From: a virus
Reading direction: 5' to 3' (one strand)
DNA: 64,000 bases
Virus record (IMG/VR): IMGVR_UViG_3300025933_000001
Coordinates: 1-64,000 of that record
Shown: one piece after another, positions 1-9,240 of the stretch
Layout: each line of letters starts with the position of its first letter
Numbering within the stretch: position 1 is the stretch's first letter
The notes under the pieces: model-generated
Told to the model about the DNA's origin: nothing
The model's input: the letters and a program-made list of their open reading frames with translations, nothing else
The model's database searches: none
Made by a program: the position numbers and the translations under genes

Positions 1-71
1 TAGCATTTCTGATCTATTTCCTGTTTCACCCTCTCTATATTCCTTTTTAGGCTATCTGTAAAACTTCCCAT
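1..71 (-). CDS. 5' end of a virion neck/tail-completion-type gene (partial, runs off window)
   Basis: ATG at 71 with GAAAGGG RBS; reads MGSFTDSLKRNIERVKQEIDQKC with no stop; follows a promoter; product inferred from synteny only. Confidence 0.5.
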   Translation of the reverse strand, partial: MGSFTDSLKRNIERVKQEIDQKC

Positions 72-92
72 AAAGCCCTTTCTTATCTTGTA

Positions 93-121
93 ATTGTAGC
101 ATTACTATTACTTCTTGTCAA
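93..121 (-). promoter_or_regulatory. sigma70-type promoter TTGACA-17-TACAAT
   Basis: tgtcaa 116-121 and attgta 93-98 on the + strand, 17-bp spacer. Confidence 0.75.
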
Positions 122-128
122 TTAGAGA

Positions 129-3059
129 TCACAAGTAAGGTCCGTAGTCAAGTACCCCTGATCCAGTCATCGTGTATCCACTAACGGTTGTACTAGAGCA
201 ATTAACGGACGTGGATAACAACTTTCCGTAGAACCATAAGTCAAAAGTCAAACCTGTCACAGTTGGCGTTATCCTCCAATACACCATCTCTTTACGCCAT
301 TCAATTTCTGAACGTGTGTGATTTAGATCGAATATTGGGAATGTATAAGAGTGACTACTGCCATCATTCCAACGAAGCTCAAATACGCCATTTGACTCTG
401 CAGCAGATGTGTCAGATGAGATGTACCAAAGCTCTAAAGAAGATAGCCCACCACTGACAGTAAAACCCATCACCTGTTGGTTTACTTGTGAGCGAGATGT
501 CCAGTACGGAGAAAAAACACCAGCTACACTGTTTCCAACGCTGCCTGTCGTAAGGGACATTGGACAAGTTCTTACTACAGCGGCTTGAGAGGTTCCTTTT
601 ATCAGATCGAATGCTGCAGCAGCTTTAGAATCTGTAACCTTCAAGACTTGGAAACCATCAGACATCTTCAAGCTTAGGCCAGCCCCCCACACCCTGAAAT
701 ATGCTCTAAGAGCACTCGTAGCGCCCTCTCCTGTTCTGATATAGACAGGGAGAGACAAGGCTGCAGGATTACGTGGAGGAACCCTTCTCAATGGGTCAAT
801 ATACCTTCTTGTTCCACCTGTCTGTCCTAATATCGCTACAGGAGTGCATTGCACCATTCTGTTCGGATTAGGAGCAGTATTGGTGCTCACCCTTGATACA
901 ATCACGTACCTTTCACCGTCCACAGTATCGAATGCTTGCGTAGAGCGAATATAGCCGTGTGTCGTACCTGCACTTCTTAGACCTAAAGTTGTAGTACTGT
1001 CTGGTAGTTCCCACACCTCAGACGTCAATCCTACTGAATTAACACCTAACATGAACGAGAACATCTGATCTGTTGTTCGATAACTTGCTACGCCATTTGC
1101 ATAATTAGGGGTTGCAATTGTGATGAAGTCACCATGATCATCTAAAGAACCATCTAAATCATAAGATAACGTAGATACTGTCTCTGTTGCAGCATCGAAG
1201 ATGTAAATGTCACTCTTCCAATCGCCTTCGGCAACAGGAGAAGTTAGGTTAGTACCTAAAGCGATGTACACACTAGAACTTCCTGTGGTTCCGTTCGCTG
1301 CCAACACTTGCCTATTTCTTGCAGCAGGGAGTGTTGCACTGATAACTGTTCTTGAACCTGTTGTGAGGTTTAATTTCTCAATAGTTGACTTAACAGTGCT
1401 ACCACCGTCACCACCAAACACATAGATAAATCCACTAGAATCAGTTCTCAGCCAACTTGTATGTCTCTGAGTAAGACCTGATAGCTGTGCAAACAATGTT
1501 GCAACACCAGTGGCAGGATTTACTTTATAGATGTCTTTCGAGACAGCAGAAGAAGTTCTTCCACCTACTACATAAAGAAAACCGTTGTAGTAGTGCACCG
1601 TATGACGTTGTAAAGCTACAGGGGAACCGGATACAGTGAGAGAACCTACTTCTACCCATGCATCAGAACCACTCCAAGTTTTAACATATAGCTTGGGGCT
1701 GTATGTACTAGAAGAAGTAAATCCTCCGTATAGCCACAAGCTTGTGCCATCCGTAGCTATTGCAGCAGAGTTAAGTGCTACAGGTAAAGCCGGAGCATTT
1801 GTAATAGTCCCGTCTGCATTATCCCGGTAACAAGCTGTTGTTGTACCTGTCGCATCTACCCCTCCAGCAATAAACGTAGTATCGTTGTACGTACAGTATG
1901 CTGATCTTTCTACAGGATTAGGGAATGGTTCATAAGAAGCACGACTGATCCTAAACCTTTTCCTTGAGTTAGCTCCAGCAAGACTTGCTCTCGTATAAGA
2001 GAAAAAACTTGGTCTATTTTCTGCAGTAACCCAACTAGAGAAGTCGCTGTTAGAATTTATCACTTGCAATGCAGGAGTAACCGGGACACCTGTCAGATTC
2101 TTAGCTGTTGTAGCATCAATAGCTGCTGCAATACCGCCAAGGAAAAGATCAAGACCGACTGTTGCTGCCACACCTTGATTCTCCGTCTCAGGGACTTCTA
2201 CAAGATATGCAATAGCGTCTTTTCTTGCATGTTGACGAAACCACGTATATAAGTACGGCTTTCTGTAGCTACGATATTCAGTTAAATCAGGAGTCGCATT
2301 TACAATCGTAAAGTTAGACCAGCTTCTTTGTGAAACAAGTTGCCTACAATAGAGATAAGCTAACCTTTGATTACGCTCTGATTCTGGTGTGTGGTATATT
2401 TGCTCTACTAAGTATCCCCAAGTAGTACGTGACCACCAAGCGTGGGTATCAAATACCACGATAATTCGTCTAGCAAATGATAAGCCCCATGCTTGAATAC
2501 CCGAGACTTCGGGTTGATCTGATGGAGCAGCTCCTTTGTCAGCATCTGGAGCTTCTTGCCAAAACCAAGGCCAGTTTCTATTTAGGTTGACATGATTACC
2601 ATTCTGGCGAGTGTCAGCAACCATCCCATCAGGATTAACACCTAATATCACTATCAAGGTTATGTGCTCTCTTGCTAAAGCTAAGATGTGATTCTCAGCA
2701 CTTGTAGCAAACTCTTTAGCACCTGTCATAACCCCTTTTGCAAGGTTTAACTCATTGCCATGGATACCTGTGGAGATTAATACAACTGGTCTTTTGCCAT
2801 CATCGTTGATACGCATTGCTCTGATCTGTCTTCCACTAGGTAGAGTGGTGACAGTTTCAATTACAACATCAAGCTCGGCATTTGCCTGAATGTCTAACGC
2901 AGCAGCATACAACGTGTCGTAATTATGCTCTACAGTTTGGTCGTTAAAAGGGCTTGGAATATTTCTTAAGGTATCGAAAGCAAATCTAGAAGCACATAAC
3001 ACATGTCTTGAGATAGAGCTTTTCGATACACCAGACACGCCTCTAGATGCAATACCCAT
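129..3059 (-). CDS. M14 zinc carboxypeptidase domain fused to a Kelch beta-propeller and a beta-rich C-terminal region; probable virion-associated protein
   Basis: M14 motifs GIHGNE (HxxE), NPDG, NLNRNW, DTH, YLVE; Kelch blades IAGG/LYGG/VVGG/VFGG; lies in the structural operon. Confidence 0.8.
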   Translation of the reverse strand: MGIASRGVSGVSKSSISRHVLCASRFAFDTLRNIPSPFNDQTVEHNYDTLYAAALDIQANAELDVVIETVTTLPSGRQIRAMRINDDGKRPVVLISTGIHGNELNLAKGVMTGAKEFATSAENHILALAREHITLIVILGVNPDGMVADTRQNGNHVNLNRNWPWFWQEAPDADKGAAPSDQPEVSGIQAWGLSFARRIIVVFDTHAWWSRTTWGYLVEQIYHTPESERNQRLAYLYCRQLVSQRSWSNFTIVNATPDLTEYRSYRKPYLYTWFRQHARKDAIAYLVEVPETENQGVAATVGLDLFLGGIAAAIDATTAKNLTGVPVTPALQVINSNSDFSSWVTAENRPSFFSYTRASLAGANSRKRFRISRASYEPFPNPVERSAYCTYNDTTFIAGGVDATGTTTACYRDNADGTITNAPALPVALNSAAIATDGTSLWLYGGFTSSSTYSPKLYVKTWSGSDAWVEVGSLTVSGSPVALQRHTVHYYNGFLYVVGGRTSSAVSKDIYKVNPATGVATLFAQLSGLTQRHTSWLRTDSSGFIYVFGGDGGSTVKSTIEKLNLTTGSRTVISATLPAARNRQVLAANGTTGSSSVYIALGTNLTSPVAEGDWKSDIYIFDAATETVSTLSYDLDGSLDDHGDFITIATPNYANGVASYRTTDQMFSFMLGVNSVGLTSEVWELPDSTTTLGLRSAGTTHGYIRSTQAFDTVDGERYVIVSRVSTNTAPNPNRMVQCTPVAILGQTGGTRRYIDPLRRVPPRNPAALSLPVYIRTGEGATSALRAYFRVWGAGLSLKMSDGFQVLKVTDSKAAAAFDLIKGTSQAAVVRTCPMSLTTGSVGNSVAGVFSPYWTSRSQVNQQVMGFTVSGGLSSLELWYISSDTSAAESNGVFELRWNDGSSHSYTFPIFDLNHTRSEIEWRKEMVYWRITPTVTGLTFDLWFYGKLLSTSVNCSSTTVSGYTMTGSGVLDYGPYL

Positions 3060-3925
3060 TACGAAACTCCTTCAGCAAACACAGAGCCAATCCAAGGAGA
3101 ACCTGCCGTAGCGGTAATCAGTGTATAAACATCCTTAAGACCTGTAACAGTACTTGGTGAAGGTTTAACACCATCTTGCCAAATCACGTTAGAGGGCCAA
3201 TCCTGAGTGTACGATCCTGTACGATTCACAATAATGGTAAGAACAGTGGCAGCAGGCACATTCGAGAAGTCGAAAGTGGTAATGTTACCTGTTTGTGTTA
3301 CATTAAAGAAATTTTTAGTACAATCCAAAATAACTGTACCACTAGCGTTGTTTATTGTAGACAAAGCAATAGCACCGTCCCCTGTAGCACCTTTAATAGA
3401 TACTCCAGCAGGCCAAGTAGTATCTTTAGGACCATAGATCAGTTGTGCTGCTACATCAAGTGCATAATCACCGTCCTTGCCAACCATGTTGCTTGGAGGC
3501 GCATCAACTGTAATAATCGTATTACCATCCAAACCATTCTGACCTAATGGCCCCGGCTGACGTTGTACGTAAGTGACAGAAGGAAATGTGATGGTGTTCC
3601 CGATATCTATCGCAATTGATTGAACATCGTCGGCTACCCACAACACCTTAGAGCTTCCATCTGTAAATGCAATATGCAAGTCTGGTGTTGGATTAGCTGC
3701 TGTAGCTACTGCTGTTTTACTTGTAGTAGCTATTACTCGGTTGTTGCCGCTAGATGAAATTGTAAAGTCGCCAGAAGACATTGCAACTTCTGCAAGCTTA
3801 TTACCTACAACAGTAGCGTAGTTATCGCCAAAGCTGTAGGAATCTATCAGCAGCATTTTAGTAGCCCCTGTTTTGATGGCATTCAAACCGCCATCTAATA
3901 CATCAGTGTGTACATATCTTGTCAT
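3059..3925 (-). CDS. virion appendage protein: N-terminal paralog of 6776..7153, Gly-rich linker, fibre-type C-terminal domain
   Basis: HTDVLDGGLNAIKTGATKM...LHIAFTDGSSKVLWV shared with 6776..7153; GQNGLDG/GKDGD linker; C-terminal WPSNVIWQDGVKP motif typical of fibre proteins. Confidence 0.65.
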   Translation of the reverse strand: MTRYVHTDVLDGGLNAIKTGATKMLLIDSYSFGDNYATVVGNKLAEVAMSSGDFTISSSGNNRVIATTSKTAVATAANPTPDLHIAFTDGSSKVLWVADDVQSIAIDIGNTITFPSVTYVQRQPGPLGQNGLDGNTIITVDAPPSNMVGKDGDYALDVAAQLIYGPKDTTWPAGVSIKGATGDGAIALSTINNASGTVILDCTKNFFNVTQTGNITTFDFSNVPAATVLTIIVNRTGSYTQDWPSNVIWQDGVKPSPSTVTGLKDVYTLITATAGSPWIGSVFAEGVS

Positions 3926-3931
3926 AGTGTG

Positions 3932-4261
3932 CTACTTAGTTATATCTTGTTTATATAAATACTTACCGGAAACAAGCGTACTCACTGCACCAGCAGCATC
4001 TGTCATCTGCACATCGTAGTAATAATATCCAACTAAATTGGCCTGAGTTGTGCTAGGGGCAAATGTAACTACTCCTGATGTTGGGTCTGAAACTGTCCCG
4101 GTAAGTTGATAAATTTGAGTACTTGTGTCTGTAGGATTTTTCCTACTATCCAGTGTTAGGAGAAAGGTGCAACCAGTTAGATCGACAGCAGAACCATCTT
4201 CTTTATCTGTAATAGAAAACTTATCTGCTTTGCTATCCCCTCTGTATCGTTCTATGTCCAT
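3932..4261 (-). CDS. BppU-like/Ig-fold structural adaptor protein
   Basis: RGDS...DLTGCTF...GVVTF...GYYYYDVQ pattern of small phage BppU-like proteins. Confidence 0.55.
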   Translation of the reverse strand: MDIERYRGDSKADKFSITDKEDGSAVDLTGCTFLLTLDSRKNPTDTSTQIYQLTGTVSDPTSGVVTFAPSTTQANLVGYYYYDVQMTDAAGAVSTLVSGKYLYKQDITK

Positions 4262-4269
4262 TTAGATTC

Positions 4270-5844
4270 CTATTTTATTAAAGCTATATAATATGGCTCA
4301 AAGACAACACTCACTTTAAGACTCTTCGTTATCCCCGGAACAGTGCTTATTATCAAAGTTACTTCGGAGACTTCTCCATTCTGATATTCGGGATCAACTG
4401 TTAACTTATGTACTTTAGTAATCGCAGCACTGGCTGATGAGTTACTTTCGCTACAAGAGGAAATAGACAATCTATGAGTCTGTGTAATCGCAACCGAAGA
4501 ACTGGAGTTATTAGTCGTACTGGCACTTACAGATATGTTGTGTTGCTGCGTTATTCCTACAGAACTAGAGCTGTTAGCTTGACTACTACCTGCCACAATC
4601 AGTGTTCCGCCAGACGAGATAGCTACCGAGGAAGACGAGTTAGCTTGTGTACTTGTTGCTACTGATAGGATATGTACTTGGGTTACAGTTGCTGATGAGG
4701 AGGTATTTGCTTGCGACGCAGAAGATACACTCAGATTTATTTCTTGAGTAATAGCGACAGATTGCGAGGAGTTTACCTGTGTACTTCCACTAACTACCAA
4801 AACCTGGTCTTGTGTTACAGCAACACTTGAAGAACTATTTACCTGTGATGAACCGCTTACGGCAAGAACATGATCCTCAGATACTGCAACAGAACTAGAG
4901 CTATTAGCTTGGCTACTTGCAGAGACAACTAAAACATGATCTTGAGTGATTACAACAGAAGAGGAAGAATTAGCTTGTACACTGCCAGCTACTGTCAACG
5001 TTTGGTCTTGTGTTATAGAAACGCTGCTACTACTATTGGATTGAGTGCTTGAAGCTGCTACAAGATCGTTAGTACTTACCGAAACATCTGCCCATAATCT
5101 CCTTGTAGGCGTCTTAAATACCTGCCAAGGATTGGCTGTAATAGCCTGTACTTCACTTTCATCTAGCGCACGATTCCACGACAAGGCAAGATATACATTA
5201 CCTGTCCAGTTAAGGCCCGGAGAGTTTCTTACTAAAGCACCAACCGTAGTTCTATTGAACGTTGAAGTACCGAGAGCTGTTGCTGTAGTCGGAGAAAGTG
5301 AAACACCGTTACAATATAACCTATGATAATTCTTAGACTCAGATCGAGTACCAACTATAGTACAAGGGACACCAGACCCCCACACAGAGGGTGCAGTTAC
5401 CTGAAGAATCTGTTGAGTATTTGCATCAGATCGAGCAAAGAATGATAACTGCCCAGATGTATTACCCTGTCCAACAAACAAGATGGTGTTTGCTGTAGCA
5501 CTGTTACCATATCCGAATATAGCTTTAGTGGCGGCAGAAGTGTTCAAAGGTAGTGCAATCACTAACAACGTTGCTTCCACTGTATTTGTGATTGCAGAGC
5601 CGTTGCGGGAGATATATTGCGTTAATCCGTCAAAACCTGCCCCTGCACCAGCCAGACTAGAATATACCTTAGAAAGCCCACCTGTCTGAGTTAATGCTTG
5701 CGGAGTTCCGAAAGAACTATGGAATAGAGGATTAGCACCATTCCAAGCATCCACCAAACCCTTTGCCAACGGATTTCCAGTGTCAATTCCTACTACTTGT
5801 TGAGGTTGCTGACGATATTGACTAGGTAGGATTATGGATGCCAT
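4270..5844 (-). CDS. LamG/concanavalin A-like lectin domain plus Ser/Thr/Val-rich 22-aa repeat stalk
   Basis: FDG...RLYCNG...WTGNVYLALSWNRALDESEVQAITANPWQ LamG-like terminus; tandem QANSSSSVxITQxHxLxVxxSx repeats. Confidence 0.7.
   Translation of the reverse strand: MASIILPSQYRQQPQQVVGIDTGNPLAKGLVDAWNGANPLFHSSFGTPQALTQTGGLSKVYSSLAGAGAGFDGLTQYISRNGSAITNTVEATLLVIALPLNTSAATKAIFGYGNSATANTILFVGQGNTSGQLSFFARSDANTQQILQVTAPSVWGSGVPCTIVGTRSESKNYHRLYCNGVSLSPTTATALGTSTFNRTTVGALVRNSPGLNWTGNVYLALSWNRALDESEVQAITANPWQVFKTPTRRLWADVSVSTNDLVAASSTQSNSSSSVSITQDQTLTVAGSVQANSSSSVVITQDHVLVVSASSQANSSSSVAVSEDHVLAVSGSSQVNSSSSVAVTQDQVLVVSGSTQVNSSQSVAITQEINLSVSSASQANTSSSATVTQVHILSVATSTQANSSSSVAISSGGTLIVAGSSQANSSSSVGITQQHNISVSASTTNNSSSSVAITQTHRLSISSCSESNSSASAAITKVHKLTVDPEYQNGEVSEVTLIISTVPGITKSLKVSVVFEPYYIALIK
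4405..5070 (-). repeat. about 10 degenerate 66-bp (22-aa) intragenic tandem repeats
   Basis: units such as QANSSSSVVITQDHVLVVSASS visible in the translation. Confidence 0.85.
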
Positions 5845-5853
5845 AAAACCCCC

Positions 5854-6321
5854 TTAAGCTAGATCACCAGTAATATCACTCGTATAGACATCGTTTCCAC
5901 TGCTGTTCAAAGCTGCACCAGTATCATTCTTTGCGATTAGCTTACTTGCATAGGGTAGAACACCTCCATAAGCATTAGCTAATGAGAACAATCTTCGCTG
6001 GACAGTAGAATTTGAGTTCAGAGGCAGAACACCAATAAGTATCAAATCCGGTTCATCAGTTGTTGTCGTACCAGACGTAGGGCCAGTAGAGAAATTAGTA
6101 CCATCCAGTGACATCTGTGCAAACAACACCACTTGCTTGTTGCCAGATACTGTACCCGGTGTTACAGCCAGCTCTACCAAGCAATCCAGAGGAACCTTAC
6201 CAGAAGAGTTATGAGTGATTGTCCCAAGCACTACATACGTAGCAGATGCCAAGCTATTTAAAGCTGCAGCAGCACCAGATAATTGTGTTCTCGTACCTTG
6301 ATTTAATTTTGCTGTAGTCAT
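5854..6321 (-). CDS. putative structural protein (beta-rich)
   Basis: 155 aa, coupled within the structural cassette. Confidence 0.6.
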   Translation of the reverse strand: MTTAKLNQGTRTQLSGAAAALNSLASATYVVLGTITHNSSGKVPLDCLVELAVTPGTVSGNKQVVLFAQMSLDGTNFSTGPTSGTTTTDEPDLILIGVLPLNSNSTVQRRLFSLANAYGGVLPYASKLIAKNDTGAALNSSGNDVYTSDITGDLA

Positions 6322-6322
6322 C

Positions 6323-6769
6323 CTATCCCTCCATTGCTATTCTTAAATCTGCCTCTGATGCTGGAGGTAGTCCTAACACTTCCATTCGACTTGCTGGCTG
6401 TAGAGCACGGTTAAGTAAGTCTTGTCTTTGAGCTTCTGAACAAACCCCTGTAGCCACCCAAGCTAACAACATTTGCTGAACATCCACCCTCTCTAAGTGA
6501 ATATCAACACCAGACGACAGTGTTTCTCTAACAACCAGACAAGATGCTCTGCAAGGATGGTTAACATCATTAGCCGCATCAACTATCCCGGCATAAGGGC
6601 CAGTAGCGGCCCAAGCTTGAGCAGTAGTGGTCTTAATAGCCTTCACCATAAACTCTGTTGGGGCATTCAGCATCTCTACAATCATGCCCGGAGAATCGGG
6701 CCAGAATGTCATATACCCCTTAGACGTAGGATCGTTCTGTACTTCGTTTCTTAACAGAGTCGCATCCAT
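6323..6769 (-). CDS. hypothetical protein of the accessory virion cassette
   Basis: 148 aa, coupled to neighbours. Confidence 0.6.
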   Translation of the reverse strand: MDATLLRNEVQNDPTSKGYMTFWPDSPGMIVEMLNAPTEFMVKAIKTTTAQAWAATGPYAGIVDAANDVNHPCRASCLVVRETLSSGVDIHLERVDVQQMLLAWVATGVCSEAQRQDLLNRALQPASRMEVLGLPPASEADLRIAMEG

Positions 6770-6775
6770 GTCTTA

Positions 6776-7153
6776 TTAAGTCGGTTGGTTAGCTGTATAA
6801 GTAATAGCAGGGAAATTTACTGTGTTACCAGATGTAATTGCTTGGTCGCTTGTTTCATCTGTAACCCATAGCACTTTCGATGAGCCATCAGTGAATGCAA
6901 TGTGCAAGTTGGGAGTTGCTGACGATGCCGATGCTGTTGCACTCTTAGTTGCCGTAGTAAGAACGCGATTACTGCCAGAAGTGCTAATCGTATAATCTCC
7001 AGAAGCCATAGTAACTGTAGCAAGAGCATTACCTGTAACAGTTGCATAACTATCACCAGCAGAATACGCAGAGATAAGAATCATACGGGTTGCATTAGTT
7101 TTGATAGAAGTAAGTCCGCCGTCGAGCGTATCGGCGTGTGCCCATTTAGCCAT
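6776..7153 (-). CDS. small structural protein (paralog of the N-terminus of 3059..3925)
   Basis: 125 aa, Ala/Thr/Ser-rich, strong AAGGA RBS, codon style like the capsid genes. Confidence 0.7.
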   Translation of the reverse strand: MAKWAHADTLDGGLTSIKTNATRMILISAYSAGDSYATVTGNALATVTMASGDYTISTSGSNRVLTTATKSATASASSATPNLHIAFTDGSSKVLWVTDETSDQAITSGNTVNFPAITYTANQPT

Positions 7154-7169
7154 TTTATTTCCTTAATAA

Positions 7170-7562
7170 TTATGATTTGCGAACGTATGCCTCAATAAGC
7201 ACACGGTTTGTGTTAGATGGGTTGACTTCTTTTAGAGTGACAATATTCCACTCTTCTGTGCCAATCTTAATCTTGTCTCTGTTTGCTTTTAAGGCTGGTA
7301 GAGGAACACCGTTGGTAATAGGTTGTAGGAATACTTGCTTATCGCCTGCAAGGATTAGACTGTTAGGCATGCTTTGCATACCATTGCTCTGCAAAGTAAG
7401 ATCAAGCACAAGAGACTTAACAGTAAATGTTCTACTTGTTGCTACATACTCTGATGTGTCTGGATCATATGTACCACTATCTGAAAAGATCGTCACAGTA
7501 GTTTCTCCTCCGTAACGATTCATCATATTCTCTACAACACGTTTAAAAGCTTCCATTAGCAC
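7170..7562 (-). CDS. head-closure/head-tail joining protein
   Basis: GTYDPDT...ILAGDKQV...DKI...WNIV...VNP pattern; position after the adaptor. Confidence 0.65.
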   Translation of the reverse strand: MLMEAFKRVVENMMNRYGGETTVTIFSDSGTYDPDTSEYVATSRTFTVKSLVLDLTLQSNGMQSMPNSLILAGDKQVFLQPITNGVPLPALKANRDKIKIGTEEWNIVTLKEVNPSNTNRVLIEAYVRKS

Positions 7563-7974
7563 TACTCCATGAAGCTAAATCGTGCAGTTGTTGAGATTCT
7601 GTGCCAGAGGCATAACAGGCGTTCCAGTCCTCTTGGAATTGTTGGATAGGGTGTTTAACGTCCATGCCGGAGGAATAAGGCATGGGAACGGTTTGCATGA
7701 ACATTGGGTTAGCGATTGTCGCTAAAATGAAGTCCCGGTACTGACTATAGAATTGGTTACCATAACACTCTAAAGCCCCGATTTTTTCATGAACACGCAT
7801 ACTCAAGGCAGCTAAAATATACTGAGCCATAAGTCTAGTAGCTCTAGGCATGTTCCCGTCACATTCATCTAAGGCAGACTGATATACTTCATCAGGGTAA
7901 ATCTGAAGATCAAGCGCATCACCTAGTCTTAAGCGTAGGCGGCCCACATTTGAGGTAAAATCAATAACAGCCAT
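7543..7974 (-). CDS. head-tail adaptor protein
   Basis: VGRLRLRLGD start and size; position downstream of the capsid gene. Confidence 0.6.
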   Translation of the reverse strand: MAVIDFTSNVGRLRLRLGDALDLQIYPDEVYQSALDECDGNMPRATRLMAQYILAALSMRVHEKIGALECYGNQFYSQYRDFILATIANPMFMQTVPMPYSSGMDVKHPIQQFQEDWNACYASGTESQQLHDLASWSSANGSF

Positions 7975-7976
7975 AG

Positions 7977-9149
7977 TTACTCTCCTTTATTAATTAGTTG
8001 TTCTACAAAATCTACTAAGCAATTAAAAGGAGCTTCTGTAGCTTCTCTACGAAATCCTTCTACATTCAAGTCAGTAATTTCAAAACTCTCTTTCACTCTT
8101 CTTTCCAAAGGTCTTGCTTCGGTTCCTTCTATCTTGTAATGTTTAGAATCTAGCAACGTAAAGCCTCTAAGTTTAAGATTTCTACGGTGAGAATTAATTC
8201 TTACTTTGATGTTGTTTGTAATTCCGTAACCTGTGTATAGTTTGTGATCTTTGTAGATTTGTAGTACGTAGAAGTAAGCTGGGAGGTTTTCTTTGAAAGT
8301 ACTAATCGCACAATCTTTGCATCGCATATTACGATTAACAAACGACCCTACAGGAACATGAACCTCTCCATGAATATCACATTCAATACGAAGCTTACTG
8401 TAATAGCCTTTGTACTCGTCATACCAACCTAGAAATTTGTACTTACTGTCGTACGATAAAGCCTGTGCAATTTGAAACTCTCGCTGCTCTTGAGTCCAGA
8501 ATATTTTGTCAGAGCATCTACAAGACTTGCAGCCCTTAAGAGCGTTACCTACGTGAATCTCAAATAAACCTGAGCACGAACCGTTCGCTACAAACTCGTC
8601 ATTACTACATACAGGACAGTAGTATTGCCAATAACTCTTACCGCCGGAATCTACTTTGTCAGTTCTAGTAAAAAGCGTACCTTCCATGTAAGCCCCTGTC
8701 TTAAGGAACTTTTCTACGTAAATTTCGTCAGGTGGACGTTTACTGTTGCTGGCACATTTACGGCAACCTAATCCTTCTAGAACATTTTTGTAATTAGAAT
8801 TCCACTCATGCCCATTATTACACTTGACGGTTATCTTCGTACGTACACCTTCAAAGTTGTCTGAAAAACTCGTTATGGTTTGTTCCAACAAGCGTGCAGC
8901 GCGATTTGCCCTTATCCTATACTGGCTATCTGTCCATTTAGTATTTCTTCCACAACCACACGGCATCTTTCCTTGAGTCAACATGTGTTTGGTAGATTTG
9001 AACTTACCATCACCGAATAATTCAGGATCGGTGGCGCATTGGCTGCAAAATAGGGTGTAAACTTTTGTTCCGTTCTGGCGTTCTCCATCCCACTCTATTA
9101 CGGTAAGATTCTTGAAAGTCTTACCTATAAAATCATCTACTTCTTGCAT
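7977..9149 (-). CDS. free-standing homing endonuclease-like protein (CxxC repeats plus GIY-YIG-like C-terminus)
   Basis: repeated C-x-x-GH...GCxxC units; FYVLQI...TGYGITNNIKVR. Confidence 0.7.
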   Translation of the reverse strand: MQEVDDFIGKTFKNLTVIEWDGERQNGTKVYTLFCSQCATDPELFGDGKFKSTKHMLTQGKMPCGCGRNTKWTDSQYRIRANRAARLLEQTITSFSDNFEGVRTKITVKCNNGHEWNSNYKNVLEGLGCRKCASNSKRPPDEIYVEKFLKTGAYMEGTLFTRTDKVDSGGKSYWQYYCPVCSNDEFVANGSCSGLFEIHVGNALKGCKSCRCSDKIFWTQEQREFQIAQALSYDSKYKFLGWYDEYKGYYSKLRIECDIHGEVHVPVGSFVNRNMRCKDCAISTFKENLPAYFYVLQIYKDHKLYTGYGITNNIKVRINSHRRNLKLRGFTLLDSKHYKIEGTEARPLERRVKESFEITDLNVEGFRREATEAPFNCLVDFVEQLINKGE

Positions 9150-9165
9150 TACAATCCCTTTAGCA

Positions 9166-9190
9166 AAGCTACCTGTATAACAGGTAGCTT
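9166..9190 (-). terminator. hairpin terminator after the major capsid gene
   Basis: aagctacctgt-ata-acaggtagctt perfect stem. Confidence 0.65.
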
Positions 9191-9240
9191 CAATTAAGAG
9201 ACTGGTTAATGTTTATTTAACAAAGCCTCAATTTAGTTAC

